Origin: a virus
Strand: one strand, 5' to 3'
DNA: 64,000 bases
Virus record (IMG/VR): IMGVR_UViG_3300027631_000002
Coordinates: 32,001 to 96,000 of that record
How positions within the stretch are numbered: position 1 is the first letter of the stretch; the number at the start of each line of letters is the position of its first letter. Made by a program: the position numbers and the translations under genes. Of this stretch, positions 26,866 to 37,426 are shown one piece after another. The notes beneath the pieces are model-generated. The model ran no database searches, was not told the origin of the DNA, and worked only from the letters and a program-made list of their open reading frames with translations.

Positions 26866-27222
26866 ATGAGTACATTCGGTAAGAAAGCGTTAGTTTTTTG
26901 GAATTACGATTCTAATGAAACAAATCGTTTTAGTAAAACACCAATAGAAATACAACTAAAGATACTAGAGAAATGGTATCCAATTGGATATATGTGTAAA
27001 TTTTTTCCACCGACTTATCCTTCTGATCGAGTCTATCAAATAAAAGACTACTTATTACATGTAGGTGGTTTTTATACAGTACTTATAGAGCAAAAGATTA
27101 CAGAAGGATATTCATCGATGATAGTAAAGAATGGATATAATCCTTTAAGATTAGATATGATAGATAAACAGATACTATTAAGAGATTATAAATTAGAGAG
27201 AATATTAAAAAACCCATCTTAA
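26866..27222 (+). CDS. hypothetical protein with RDxK tail
   Basis: start corrected past TATATTTG (26843-26850); LRDYKLERILK. Confidence 0.72.
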   Translation: MSTFGKKALVFWNYDSNETNRFSKTPIEIQLKILEKWYPIGYMCKFFPPTYPSDRVYQIKDYLLHVGGFYTVLIEQKITEGYSSMIVKNGYNPLRLDMIDKQILLRDYKLERILKNPS

Positions 27223-27240
27223 TTAAGATGGGTTTCTTTG

Positions 27241-27981
27241 TTATGCTTTTCTTAAAACTTCTTTAGTATAGTAATCTTCAAAACCATCTAGGTAAGTAGT
27301 AATCGGTGTTGATTTATCAGTGATAATGATTTCATCAATAAATCCAAAGTCTAAAGCTTCTTGTGAGTTTAACCAATTATCTCTTCTAGCACTTTCAAGT
27401 ACATAATCAAAATCTCTACCACTATTCTCTGCAAGCATCTTGAATAATATATAGTTGTATTTTTCTGATTCCATTTGAGAAATACGATTATCTTCAACGT
27501 GTCCTGATGCACCAGAAGAAACTTGATGTATCATTACTTTAGAGAAGTTTAATGATGCTCTTTTACCTTTAGTTCCTGATGATAATAAGATAGAACCCAT
27601 TGATGCTGCCATACCTGTATTGATAGTTTCAACATCCGAATTGATATATCTCATAACATCAACCATACCTAATCCAGCTAAAACTGAACCACCTGGTGAG
27701 TCAATGTGCATCTTAATATCTTTTTTCTCAACAGAGTCTAAATACATCAATTGAGCTTGAACAACGGTTGACATTTGTGTGTTTACAACACCAGCAACCC
27801 ATAATATACGATCACGCATGAGTCTACTAAAAATGTCCATCTGCGTTACTCTCATTTCTCTTTCTTCAAGAATATATGGTGTCATACTATTCTCTACTAA
27901 ACCTTTTTCAAAGTAGTCTAAGTTTAAAGAAGAAATTCCTTCACTTAAAGCATACTTTTTAAAATCTTTTCCAAAATCCAT
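27241..27981 (-). CDS. clpP: ATP-dependent Clp protease proteolytic subunit
   Basis: DIFSRLMRDRI, IDSPGGSV, GMAASMGS (catalytic Ser), MIHQ, RDNWL. Confidence 0.96.
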   Translation of the reverse strand: MDFGKDFKKYALSEGISSLNLDYFEKGLVENSMTPYILEEREMRVTQMDIFSRLMRDRILWVAGVVNTQMSTVVQAQLMYLDSVEKKDIKMHIDSPGGSVLAGLGMVDVMRYINSDVETINTGMAASMGSILLSSGTKGKRASLNFSKVMIHQVSSGASGHVEDNRISQMESEKYNYILFKMLAENSGRDFDYVLESARRDNWLNSQEALDFGFIDEIIITDKSTPITTYLDGFEDYYTKEVLRKA

Positions 27982-28099
27982 TTTTTATAATTTAAAGTTA
28001 TTAAACTGATATGTCAAAAAGTGATAAAAGTTTATCAATAATAATTTTTTAGTTTCACTTATTTATACATATCTTTGTCTTTTAAACTAAAAAATATAT

Positions 28100-28717
28100 A
28101 TGAAAAACGCTTTTAAGTTATTTGACTTTATGGGAACTCCAGTTTATTTGAAATACTGGTTCTTTATCTTACTTCCTTTATTTATGTTACAATCTGGTGG
28201 ATTTACAGAACAAGGATTTCTAACTGGGTTAGATTGGTTCTTATCAATCTTTGCCGCAGTCTTATTACATGAATTGGCACATACTGCAGTTGCTAAAAAA
28301 TTGAATCATCCAGTAGATCATGTTTATTTAGATGTGTTTAATGGTGCGGCCGCAATTGATACAACCTACTCTTCTTATAAAGATACTATTCTTATTGTAT
28401 TGGCCGGCCCACTCTCAAATTTAGTATTATGGATTATTGGTTCTTATTTAGGACTGGATATATTTGTACAAGTGAATATGTTTTTATTCATATTTAATAT
28501 TTTACCTATTTATCCAATGGATGGTGGTCGAATTTGTAAAGCAATTTGTCAATGGATGACTAAACCTTCGCTCGGAAGAAAAATAAATGGATATATCTCG
28601 ATCATTTTTAGTTCATTACTATTTATTGCATCGATTATGACTACTAATGTTATTATGGCTATATTTGCAGTCTTTTTTATCTTTCTTTCATATAAGGAAA
28701 TAGAACAAAAATATTAA
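28100..28717 (+). CDS. M50 family (site-2) intramembrane zinc metalloprotease
   Basis: LHELAH, AGPLSN, FNILPIYPMDGGR, multiple TM segments. Confidence 0.92.
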   Translation: MKNAFKLFDFMGTPVYLKYWFFILLPLFMLQSGGFTEQGFLTGLDWFLSIFAAVLLHELAHTAVAKKLNHPVDHVYLDVFNGAAAIDTTYSSYKDTILIVLAGPLSNLVLWIIGSYLGLDIFVQVNMFLFIFNILPIYPMDGGRICKAICQWMTKPSLGRKINGYISIIFSSLLFIASIMTTNVIMAIFAVFFIFLSYKEIEQKY

Positions 28718-28719
28718 AA

Positions 28720-29238
28720 ATGTTAGACATTGGTAAAACAAATCTTTTCCTAAATGACAAAGCTAAATATGTTGTTAGTAAACTAATAGACGATTATGAT
28801 CTTATGGGTCAAAATTGTTTGTTTTTAACTCATAAGAATGACACGTTACAACTTAAATGTGCTTCTTGTACTTATACTACTTATGATTCAATACCAGATA
28901 TTTTATCTGAGAATTTATTTAGAGTAAATATTATTATTGTCGAGTCAAATAGAAAATTTAATTTTTTACTTGATTCTATAAGAGAAGTAACAGATTTACC
29001 AGTTATTGTAGTTACTGATGATTTATCATATGATTATCCAGATTATAGATTTGATTATATTTATAAACTTTATAGACAAGAAAGAGATATAAATTTCCCA
29101 TTAAATATAGATAGATTTGAAGAAGAATTTTTAAATAGTTCACATATAACAGATGTTAAAAATAATTGGAGCACATCTTTGGCAGATTTAAGAACACAAT
29201 ACATTAGAGATAAAAAAATTAACGATTTATTAAAATAA
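28720..29238 (+). CDS. hypothetical protein with RDxK tail
   Basis: ends IRDKKINDLLK. Confidence 0.72.
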   Translation: MLDIGKTNLFLNDKAKYVVSKLIDDYDLMGQNCLFLTHKNDTLQLKCASCTYTTYDSIPDILSENLFRVNIIIVESNRKFNFLLDSIREVTDLPVIVVTDDLSYDYPDYRFDYIYKLYRQERDINFPLNIDRFEEEFLNSSHITDVKNNWSTSLADLRTQYIRDKKINDLLK

Positions 29239-29240
29239 AA

Positions 29241-29666
29241 ATGAAAGCACACGTAATTGTAAAAAAAGGTTATGAGTATGATGATAGCATCTATACTGAG
29301 TCAGAGGGTGGAAATCCTGAATTGATTTGTTTCTCAAAAGAGGATGCGGATAATAAAGTAAATGAATTAAATAAACAGGAGTTTAAAACAACTTCACTTA
29401 GTTATTATTCATATGAATTAGAAGACATATTAAATGTTGATATTGAAGAATATGAAAAGTTCAATCAATCCTTGGTTGAAAAGTATGGTAAGATAGCGAA
29501 AAAAGATTCTTGGAATGATGTTGAAAATACTTTACATCCAATGGCAAATGATGAAGAGATTGAGAAATATATAAAGATGGTTAGTATAAGTTTTTATGAA
29601 GTAAAACCGACAGACATTGATGTTCAAAGTTTTAGAGATTATAAAATTGATGAAGTATTAAAATAA
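29241..29666 (+). CDS. hypothetical protein with RDxK tail
   Basis: ends FRDYKIDEVLK. Confidence 0.72.
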   Translation: MKAHVIVKKGYEYDDSIYTESEGGNPELICFSKEDADNKVNELNKQEFKTTSLSYYSYELEDILNVDIEEYEKFNQSLVEKYGKIAKKDSWNDVENTLHPMANDEEIEKYIKMVSISFYEVKPTDIDVQSFRDYKIDEVLK

Positions 29667-29692
29667 GAAAATGAAGAAAGAATATATATGTT

Positions 29693-30571
29693 ATGAGATA
29701 TATATTCTTTCTTTTTCTATTTATATTATTTTCTTGTAAAACTACAAAGAATACAATTGTGTTACCTACACCTTTAGAAACTTTTTGTGATAGTGATGAG
29801 GATGGTGTTGATGATATGTATGATAAATGTCCTGATATAAAAGGTAGAGTAGAAAATATGGGTTGTCCTGATATTGAGGAAAATGAAAAGTATTCCGGAA
29901 CAAAAGATGATATTGAAATTGTTGGATCACCAAAAGAGCCAGTTCCTGTAATAGTTGCTAAAGATAGAAATACTAAAACTGGTACAAAAAAAAATGATCC
30001 ACTGGTAATTAAACCTAAAGAGGTTAGACCTAGAGGTTTAATAGCTTATTCTGTACCAAATGAAATGCAAGTTGGTGATGATTATTTAGTAAAAGTTAGA
30101 ATAAGTAAACTGAATGATAGAACTGTTTTATTAGTTGGTGATAGAGAGATTCCTATATCTGATAATTTAGAGGATGTTAAAGTTGAATCAATTACAGTTT
30201 CTCCAATAATGTCTGCGAGTTTATTATCAAGTAAAAGAGATTTTGAGATAACTACATTATCAACAGAAATTCAAAATATAGATGATGAAGGATATACTGA
30301 ATGGAGTTGGAGTGTAATTCCTTTACAAGGTGGTGAAAATAATTTAAAACTTAATGTAAAAATTAGAATACAAGAAGAAGGTAAAGACTATTATAAGGAT
30401 ATTACCGTCTTTGAAAGAAAGATAAAAGTCAAGTCTAATATTGGTTCCAGTATAAAAGACTTCATATTCAAAAACTGGGAGTGGTTTATGGGAGTGGTTT
30501 TTATCCCGATTTTTCAATGGTTTTGGCTATTGTGGAAGAGGAAAAAAGAAGATAAAAAAGAAGATGTTTAA
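29693..30571 (+). CDS. lipoprotein with TSP3-like Ca-binding repeat and C-terminal TM helix
   Basis: ILFSC lipobox; DSDEDGVDDMYDKCP; WEWFMGVVFIPIFQWFWLLW. Confidence 0.75.
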   Translation: MRYIFFLFLFILFSCKTTKNTIVLPTPLETFCDSDEDGVDDMYDKCPDIKGRVENMGCPDIEENEKYSGTKDDIEIVGSPKEPVPVIVAKDRNTKTGTKKNDPLVIKPKEVRPRGLIAYSVPNEMQVGDDYLVKVRISKLNDRTVLLVGDREIPISDNLEDVKVESITVSPIMSASLLSSKRDFEITTLSTEIQNIDDEGYTEWSWSVIPLQGGENNLKLNVKIRIQEEGKDYYKDITVFERKIKVKSNIGSSIKDFIFKNWEWFMGVVFIPIFQWFWLLWKRKKEDKKEDV

Positions 30572-30638
30572 TTACATCTTTTTTTATTTTATAAACATAA
30601 TTGTATAATTTGAATACAAATAAAAATAAAAAAATATT

Positions 30639-31871
30639 ATGGATAATATAAATCTAGTAGAGTCTTTTACTGAGTTAAAAGATGTTAAAAACATTGATAA
30701 ATCATCAATGATTAAAATAATGCAAGAAGTTTTTCAAACTATAATCATAAAGAAATATGGTTCTGCTGATAACTTTGATATTATTGTAAATCCAAATAAA
30801 GGAGATTTAGAGATATGGAGAAATCGAACAATTGTAGAAGATAATTATGAAGAGTTTGATGAAAACTTACATATTAAATTGACTGATGCGCATAAAGTAG
30901 AATCTGATTTTGAAGTTGGAGAAGACTTAACTGATGAAGTTAAGATTGCGGACTTTGGAAGACGTTCAATTTCATCAATTCGTCAAATACTTAAATCTAA
31001 AATTATTGATTTAGGTAAAGAATCTTTATATAAAAAATATAAAGATAGAGAAGGTGAAATTTTTACTTGTGAAGTATATCAAATTTTAAGAAAAGAAACA
31101 ATTGTTATTGATGATGAAGGTAATGAATTTGTTTTACCTAAAACAGAACAAGTACCTGGTGATTTTTATAGAAAAGGAGATTCAATTAGAGCTATTTTAC
31201 AAACTGTTTCTATTGATAATGGTAAACTTTTTATGACACTATCAAGAACTTCTAATAGATTCTTAGAAAAATTATTTGAACTTGAAATACCTGAGGTATT
31301 TGATGGTTTAATTACCGTTAAAGCAGTTGTTAGAGAGCCTGGTTCTAAAGCAAAAGTTGCGGTTGAGTCTTATGATGATAGAATTGATCCTGTTGGAACT
31401 TGTGTTGGTGTTAAAGGTAGTAGAATACATAGTATTGTAAGAGAACTTAACAACGAAAACATTGATGTTATTAGTTACACTACAAATAAATCATTATTTG
31501 TTACAAGAGCACTTGGTCAAAGTAAGGCAACTGTAGAGTTAGATGAGGAAAAGAAAACCGCTAATGTGGTTATACCTTCTGAAAACATTTCATTGGCAAT
31601 TGGTAAAGGTGGTATGAATATTAAACTAGCAAGTAGAATAAGTGGATATAAAATAAATGTATTCTCTGATGTTGAACATAATGAAGATGTTTTATTAGAA
31701 GATTTCTCTGATGAAATTGATGGTTGGATTATCGATGAGTTTAAGAAAGTTGGATTTGATACTGCCAAAAGTGTTTTAAAAGCAGACTTTAACTACATTG
31801 TAAAACAAACAGATTTAGAAGAAGAAACAATAAGAGAAGTTATTAAAATTTTAGAAATCGAATTTAATTAA
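30639..31871 (+). CDS. nusA: transcription termination/antitermination factor NusA
   Basis: DFGRR, S1 domain, VREPGSKAKVAV, DPVGTCVGVKGSRI, AIGKGGMNIKLAS, HhH tail. Confidence 0.95.
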   Translation: MDNINLVESFTELKDVKNIDKSSMIKIMQEVFQTIIIKKYGSADNFDIIVNPNKGDLEIWRNRTIVEDNYEEFDENLHIKLTDAHKVESDFEVGEDLTDEVKIADFGRRSISSIRQILKSKIIDLGKESLYKKYKDREGEIFTCEVYQILRKETIVIDDEGNEFVLPKTEQVPGDFYRKGDSIRAILQTVSIDNGKLFMTLSRTSNRFLEKLFELEIPEVFDGLITVKAVVREPGSKAKVAVESYDDRIDPVGTCVGVKGSRIHSIVRELNNENIDVISYTTNKSLFVTRALGQSKATVELDEEKKTANVVIPSENISLAIGKGGMNIKLASRISGYKINVFSDVEHNEDVLLEDFSDEIDGWIIDEFKKVGFDTAKSVLKADFNYIVKQTDLEEETIREVIKILEIEFN

Positions 31872-31900
31872 AAAAAGAGACTCAAATGAGTCTCTTTTTT
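31869..31900. terminator. bidirectional terminator
   Basis: AAAAAAGAGACTC-aaat-GAGTCTCTTTTTT. Confidence 0.85.
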
Positions 31901-32483
31901 ATTTTATTAAGTAAAGTTTGAAATTACTAAATTTTGGTTTTTCATTTAGAAAGTAATACTTTTCTGTTATACCATTATATTTTATAATCTTTAAGAAAGC
32001 ATCTGGTACTGTTGCACCAGTTGGTAACTTAATTGATTTATCAGAAAAGATAAGTTTTATCTCAACATCAACTTTATAACTTTTGGCTACTTTTCTTTCA
32101 TATACTTCTAAAAATCTCCAAGTACCTCTATTTAAGTATTGATTTTGTAATGTACAGTTTAGATAAGTAAATGTTTTAAACAACATTACTTTATCACAGT
32201 TAAAGTCTGCGGCGGGTGCACAATGTCCTTTGTCATATATGTTTGTTTCATAATCTTTTGCATCAGATGTCTTATAAAGCTTTTCAGTATAGAATTCCAT
32301 ACCCTGTCTTGATGCTTTACCATCTTGACAAAGTACACGGTACTTAACTCTCAATGGTTGTTCAAATTTTTCTGAATAACTGACTTCAAAAATATCTGTT
32401 TTAACTAACACACTATCTCTAACAACTTGAGAATGGCTCATGAGTGTTGTCATAAATAAGAAAATCGATAATAATTTCTTCAT
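31899..32483 (-). CDS. secreted DNA/RNA non-specific endonuclease (NucA/EndA family)
   Basis: signal peptide; YDKGHCAP, Q..LNRGTWRFLE, VPDAFLKI. Confidence 0.88.
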   Translation of the reverse strand: MKKLLSIFLFMTTLMSHSQVVRDSVLVKTDIFEVSYSEKFEQPLRVKYRVLCQDGKASRQGMEFYTEKLYKTSDAKDYETNIYDKGHCAPAADFNCDKVMLFKTFTYLNCTLQNQYLNRGTWRFLEVYERKVAKSYKVDVEIKLIFSDKSIKLPTGATVPDAFLKIIKYNGITEKYYFLNEKPKFSNFKLYLIK

Positions 32484-32534
32484 TGTTTTTTATTTTTTTA
32501 ACTTATTATATATTAAGTTTTAATATATAATAAT

Positions 32535-32696
32535 ATGAAGATAATAGGTATGACTTTAATTGTGATTTCCTTAGTGATTGGAATATTGGTTGATAACAAC
32601 TATTTTATAGAAATTAGACTTCCTATATTTAGTTCCTTTATTATATTCCTATTAGGAATATATCTTCTTATAGATAAAGATCAATTTACCACATAA
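32535..32696 (+). CDS. small two-TM membrane protein (not in ORF track)
   Basis: 53 aa, two hydrophobic segments, TAATATATA upstream. Confidence 0.5.
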   Translation: MKIIGMTLIVISLVIGILVDNNYFIEIRLPIFSSFIIFLLGIYLLIDKDQFTT

Positions 32697-32896
32697 ATAA
32701 TCACTTTACTATGTTCTTTAATAAATTTAAGTTCACCATAAAATCCTAGTTCTTTGGCTTTTTGTTCATACTTATCATAAATCTCATCAAAGTTATTATC
32801 AACAACTTTAACTTTTTCAATTCCTAGTTTTTTTAATAGTTCCATATTGTATATATTTTATATTTCAACTCCTAAGAATAATTTCATATAATTATT

Positions 32897-33406
32897 ATGA
32901 AATTAAAAGTTTACATTTCCGGATACGGTGCTGAAGTTACTCAAGGAACTTTAACAAATGAGAAGGTTGAAAAGATATATGAAATTCATGATTCATTAGA
33001 AGAATACTTTAGTCAATATGTTGATGATGATTTTAGTTGGTATGAGATTGATGATAACTTTCATTGCTCTGCTGCTTATTTAGATGAATCTTCTATTCAA
33101 ATTATTGACGAAGAGGGTTCAACTATATATGAAAGACCTTGTGATGAATTGATTTATGATCAAGTAATAACAGAACCTATTTATTCTACAGATGAGAAAT
33201 GTGCTATTACCTGTGTATCTACTGAAAAGGGTACTTTTTTTGAAGGAGATTTTGAAATTGAAGAATTTGATCCAGAGTTACTTACTTTGAAAATTAAAAG
33301 ATTGGAAAGTTTTAAAATGGTTTCTGAAGTATTCTATAATGGTGAGAAGATACCTGGGGATTTTGTTTTCTCAAATGGAAAAGACTTCAATGTTTATATT
33401 GACTAG
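32897..33406 (+). CDS. acidic hypothetical protein
   Basis: 169-aa ORF. Confidence 0.75.
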   Translation: MKLKVYISGYGAEVTQGTLTNEKVEKIYEIHDSLEEYFSQYVDDDFSWYEIDDNFHCSAAYLDESSIQIIDEEGSTIYERPCDELIYDQVITEPIYSTDEKCAITCVSTEKGTFFEGDFEIEEFDPELLTLKIKRLESFKMVSEVFYNGEKIPGDFVFSNGKDFNVYID

Positions 33407-33407
33407 T

Positions 33408-34076
33408 CTATTTTAGAGGTATCTCGGGAGTAATATCAAAATTATCATTAAGATAGATCTTTAACTCATTTTCGATATAATGTTCTGGTACAACCTTGTC
33501 ATTATCTTCTTTACCCATCTTATCACTAATAAATGTTGTAAATTCATCAATCACTTCTGGTTTGAGTGCTTCAATCAATCTGTCTGATACTACAAATGCT
33601 CTTGAGAATCTATCCTTTAAATTTATTTGACCTTCTGGTAGCATCATATAAGTATCAATTGTCTTTTTTAAAAAGTCTGTATATTTAGATTGTGGTTCTA
33701 AATAAGTAAATATTGTATCAAATATCCTATGTACTAAACGAGAAGAACCAAATATAGTACCTATAATTGCAAGTACTGGAAAAAATGGTGCTAATGATAA
33801 TGGAATTGCCATTGGTAAGATATTAAATATATTCTTTTTAAGTGTTGTTCTTTTTTTTGCTTTTATAGCATCTTTAAAAATAGCATTAAGTATTCCAAAT
33901 GTAAAATTATCACCTTTACTGTGTAAATAAGTTGCTAGATGTCCATGTTTAGATAAAGTAACTTGTCTGTCTAGTTCTTCTTTATCTGTCACACCTATAC
34001 TGATAAGATATTCTCTTATATTTCTATCATGTTTCTCAAGAATCAGAAAATCGTTATATTTTTTTACTTTAGTCAT
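33408..34076 (-). CDS. tagged hypothetical protein with central hydrophobic hairpin
   Basis: MTKVKKYNDFLILEK. Confidence 0.72.
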   Translation of the reverse strand: MTKVKKYNDFLILEKHDRNIREYLISIGVTDKEELDRQVTLSKHGHLATYLHSKGDNFTFGILNAIFKDAIKAKKRTTLKKNIFNILPMAIPLSLAPFFPVLAIIGTIFGSSRLVHRIFDTIFTYLEPQSKYTDFLKKTIDTYMMLPEGQINLKDRFSRAFVVSDRLIEALKPEVIDEFTTFISDKMGKEDNDKVVPEHYIENELKIYLNDNFDITPEIPLK

Positions 34077-34142
34077 ATTAAATTACTGCTTGTTTTCAAT
34101 GTATATAAAAACAAAGATTATTTTTTTACTATATATAAAATT

Positions 34143-35486
34143 ATGATAACAGAAAAAACGATTTCAGATTTTCTTTCATGTGAGTATAAAGAATTCGCAA
34201 TGTATTCAATCGAAGGTAGAGCAATACCATCAGTTGTTGATGGTTTTAAGCCAACTCAAAGAAAAATTATTCACATATCCAACCAAATATGGCGAACAGG
34301 TAATGAGAAGAACCTAAAAGTATTTCAACTAGCTGGTAAAGTAGCATCCGATGCATTTTATCATCACGGTAATACTTCATTAGAAAATGCTATTGTTACA
34401 ATGGCACAAAAATTTAAAAATAATGCTGCTTTATTAGAGGAAGATGGACAATTTGGTTCATTACGTTCTCCGCAACCAGGTGCCGCAAGATATATTGGAA
34501 CAAAGTTAAGTGATAATTTTAGATTGATTTACAAAGATTTTGATCTACTTGAATATAAACAAGAAGAAGGTGAAACAATTGAACCTAAATACTTTTTACC
34601 AATTATTCCAACAGTATTATTAAATGGTTCAAGTGGTATTGCAGTAGGATTTGCTTCTAATGTGTTAAATAGAGACATTAAAAGCATTATTGATACATGT
34701 GTGAGAGTTATTGAGGGTAAAAAAATAATGAGTATTAAACCTTCTTTAAACGAGTTTACTGGTGAATTCATACAAGATAAAGAAAATCCTAAAAGATGGA
34801 TAATTAGAGGATTATTTCAAAGAGTAAATACTTCAACTGTAAGAATAACAGAATTACCACCTTCTATGACTTATGAAAAGTATGAAGAGATACTAGATAA
34901 ACTAGTTGATAACAAAGATATTGTATCATATGATGATAATTGTAAAGATAATATAGATTATACAATTAAATTTCAGAGAGCTATTTTAGAAGGTATTGAT
35001 GATACTGCAATGATTAAGTTATTAAAGTTAGAGGAGTCATCGACCGAAATATTTACAACACTTGACGAATTTGGTAAATTAAAAATATTTGAAACATCAG
35101 AAGAGATAATAGAATACTTCACTAAATTTAGATTAAATTATTATGATATAAGAAAACAACATAGTTTGGATAAACTTAATAGAGAATTAAAGATATTAAG
35201 TAATAGAGGTAGATTTATTAAAGCTATTTTAGATGAGAAATTAAAAATAAATAATGTTTCTAAAACGGAAATTATAACAAATATAGAAACACTCGGTTTA
35301 GAACAAATAGATGATTCTTATGATTATTTATTGAGAATGCCACTTTACTCTTTAACAAAAGAGTTGTTTGAAAAAATGAAACAGGACTTCACTGCAAAAA
35401 AAGAAGAAATTAAAATATTAGAATCTACTGATCCAAAAGATATGTATCTACTAGATTTAAGTGAATTAAAAAAGAAGTTTAAATAG
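34143..35486 (+). CDS. type II DNA topoisomerase cleavage subunit (T4 gp52/GyrA-like)
   Basis: RAIPSVVDGFKPTQRK, YHHG, GQFGS..AARY (catalytic Tyr), ITELP. Confidence 0.95.
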   Translation: MITEKTISDFLSCEYKEFAMYSIEGRAIPSVVDGFKPTQRKIIHISNQIWRTGNEKNLKVFQLAGKVASDAFYHHGNTSLENAIVTMAQKFKNNAALLEEDGQFGSLRSPQPGAARYIGTKLSDNFRLIYKDFDLLEYKQEEGETIEPKYFLPIIPTVLLNGSSGIAVGFASNVLNRDIKSIIDTCVRVIEGKKIMSIKPSLNEFTGEFIQDKENPKRWIIRGLFQRVNTSTVRITELPPSMTYEKYEEILDKLVDNKDIVSYDDNCKDNIDYTIKFQRAILEGIDDTAMIKLLKLEESSTEIFTTLDEFGKLKIFETSEEIIEYFTKFRLNYYDIRKQHSLDKLNRELKILSNRGRFIKAILDEKLKINNVSKTEIITNIETLGLEQIDDSYDYLLRMPLYSLTKELFEKMKQDFTAKKEEIKILESTDPKDMYLLDLSELKKKFK

Positions 35487-35516
35487 TTGAACATTGAATT
35501 TTTTTCACTATATTTG
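35487..35516 (+). promoter_or_regulatory. full promoter TTG-N19-TATATTTG
   Basis: exact spacing counted. Confidence 0.75.
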
Positions 35517-35535
35517 TAAAAATTATATAATAGAA

Positions 35536-36804
35536 ATGAAAGAACAACTAAGTCAACTTATAAATGAAAGATCTCCTGGATCTAAACCAATCTTTTTGGT
35601 TGTTAGGGGATCACATGCATATGGAACTAATATAGAAACTTCCGATACTGACTACGCAGGTGTATTTATCCAATCATTGGATGATATTCTTGGTAGTAAA
35701 TACAAACAACAAGTAAATGATGATACTAATGATACTGTAATCTATGAGTTACGTAGATTTTTAGAATTACTATCTAGTAATAATCCAACTGTTTTAGAAT
35801 TACTTAATACTCCAGAGGAATGTATTATCTATAAAGATCCTATTTTTGATCTAATATTAGAGAATAGAGAACAATTTATTACTAAAATCTGTGCTAATTC
35901 TTTCGGTGGTTATGCAAAAGCTCAAATTGGTAAAGCAAAAGGTCAAAATAAAAAACAAAACTGGGAAAAGGATAAAGTAACTCGTAAAGACTTGCTTGAC
36001 TTTTGTTATGTTATTCAAGGAACAAAAGCAATTCCATGGAAAAAATGGAATGATGGTAGATTTGATGAAAGATTTATTGGTGCAGTAAATGTTCCATATG
36101 CAAAAGATGTTTATACTTTATTCTACGATAGTGAAGGTGATATGATGTTCTCTGGAAAAGAGAAAAAAGAGTTGAGTGATATGATGATTCAACAACGTAA
36201 AGATGCTGGTCTTGCATTAGGTCTTGGTTATAAAGGATTAGTTAAAGTAGGTACAACTACTATTGATAGAAGTAAACTTACTAATATGACTGATGAACAA
36301 ATTGATAGACTTGAGTTAGTTTTTCAAAAAGAGGCTGAGAAAAACTTAGGTGTATCAAATCAATTGAGATTATCATCAATTCCAAAAGGTCAAGAACCAT
36401 TTTGTACTATTACTTATAACAAAGATGGTTATTCAGAACACTGTAAAGACTTTAGAGAGTATGAAGAATGGTTATCAAAGAGAAATCTTCAAAGATGGGT
36501 GGATGTTAAGTCTCACGGTCAACAAATTGATGGTAAGAATATGATGCACTGTCGTAGATTGATGGATATGGCTCGTGAGATTGCAGAGGGTAAAGGTATT
36601 CTTGTTAAGAGAGATAATGCACAAGAACTTCTTGCAATTAGAAGAGGTGAAATAGATTTACAAACTTTGATTGATCATGTTGAAAGCGAGATTAAAGAAG
36701 TAGATACTTTGTTTAAAGAATCAAATTTACCAGAAAAGGTAGATGAAAATTTTATAAATAGTTTATTAGTAAAAATTAGAAAATCAGTTTATGGTATACA
36801 ATAA
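35536..36804 (+). CDS. RNA-repair-associated Pol-beta nucleotidyltransferase (RlaP/NrdC.11-like)
   Basis: VRGSHAYGTN..SDTDYAG, NPTVLELL, KNMMHCRRL. Confidence 0.85.
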   Translation: MKEQLSQLINERSPGSKPIFLVVRGSHAYGTNIETSDTDYAGVFIQSLDDILGSKYKQQVNDDTNDTVIYELRRFLELLSSNNPTVLELLNTPEECIIYKDPIFDLILENREQFITKICANSFGGYAKAQIGKAKGQNKKQNWEKDKVTRKDLLDFCYVIQGTKAIPWKKWNDGRFDERFIGAVNVPYAKDVYTLFYDSEGDMMFSGKEKKELSDMMIQQRKDAGLALGLGYKGLVKVGTTTIDRSKLTNMTDEQIDRLELVFQKEAEKNLGVSNQLRLSSIPKGQEPFCTITYNKDGYSEHCKDFREYEEWLSKRNLQRWVDVKSHGQQIDGKNMMHCRRLMDMAREIAEGKGILVKRDNAQELLAIRRGEIDLQTLIDHVESEIKEVDTLFKESNLPEKVDENFINSLLVKIRKSVYGIQ

Positions 36805-37426
36805 CGTTTCAATTATCGCAATTATTATAGGGTTCTTTTGTTTAGGATATTTATTTAATAATCTTTTAAGAAAGATTATTGATGGGTATAATGATGGTAA
36901 GTATAAAAAAGAAATTACGGATATTTTTCAAAATGTATTGGATAATCTTTATACAAATAAGACAAGTTTTATTAGTAGAATCAATAACACTGTTACTATT
37001 ATGACTGAACTAAATGAGGTAGGTGTGGTAAATGTTGTTTATCTAATGGATAGACGTGATATAGCTATATTCAAAGGAGATAAATGTATATATACATCAG
37101 ACTCAATAGATAAGTCAGTGGTCGATGAAATAATTGTGGGTGTGGATGTTTTCTATAAACATGAGATAAATGATGTCGTAAATGTAATGGGTATGGTTTT
37201 CTCTCGTGATGAATTTGAGAATAAGTTCAAAATAAAAGTAGAAGATATGAAGAAGGGTATGTTTGGTGGTTTTCCTAAAGAAGAAATGTCAGATATTGAA
37301 AAAATAAAAAGACAAAATGAGATAAAGTTTAATATAGATGATATATTAGATAGAATTACATCTGTTGGTATTGAAAATCTTACACCAGAGGAAAAAAGAT
37401 TTTTAGATAGCTATAACAATGAATAA
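36791..37426 (+). CDS. membrane-anchored protein with DUF6576-like C-terminus
   Basis: N-terminal TM; NIDDILDRITSVGIENLTPEEKRFL. Confidence 0.7.
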   Translation: MVYNNVSIIAIIIGFFCLGYLFNNLLRKIIDGYNDGKYKKEITDIFQNVLDNLYTNKTSFISRINNTVTIMTELNEVGVVNVVYLMDRRDIAIFKGDKCIYTSDSIDKSVVDEIIVGVDVFYKHEINDVVNVMGMVFSRDEFENKFKIKVEDMKKGMFGGFPKEEMSDIEKIKRQNEIKFNIDDILDRITSVGIENLTPEEKRFLDSYNNE

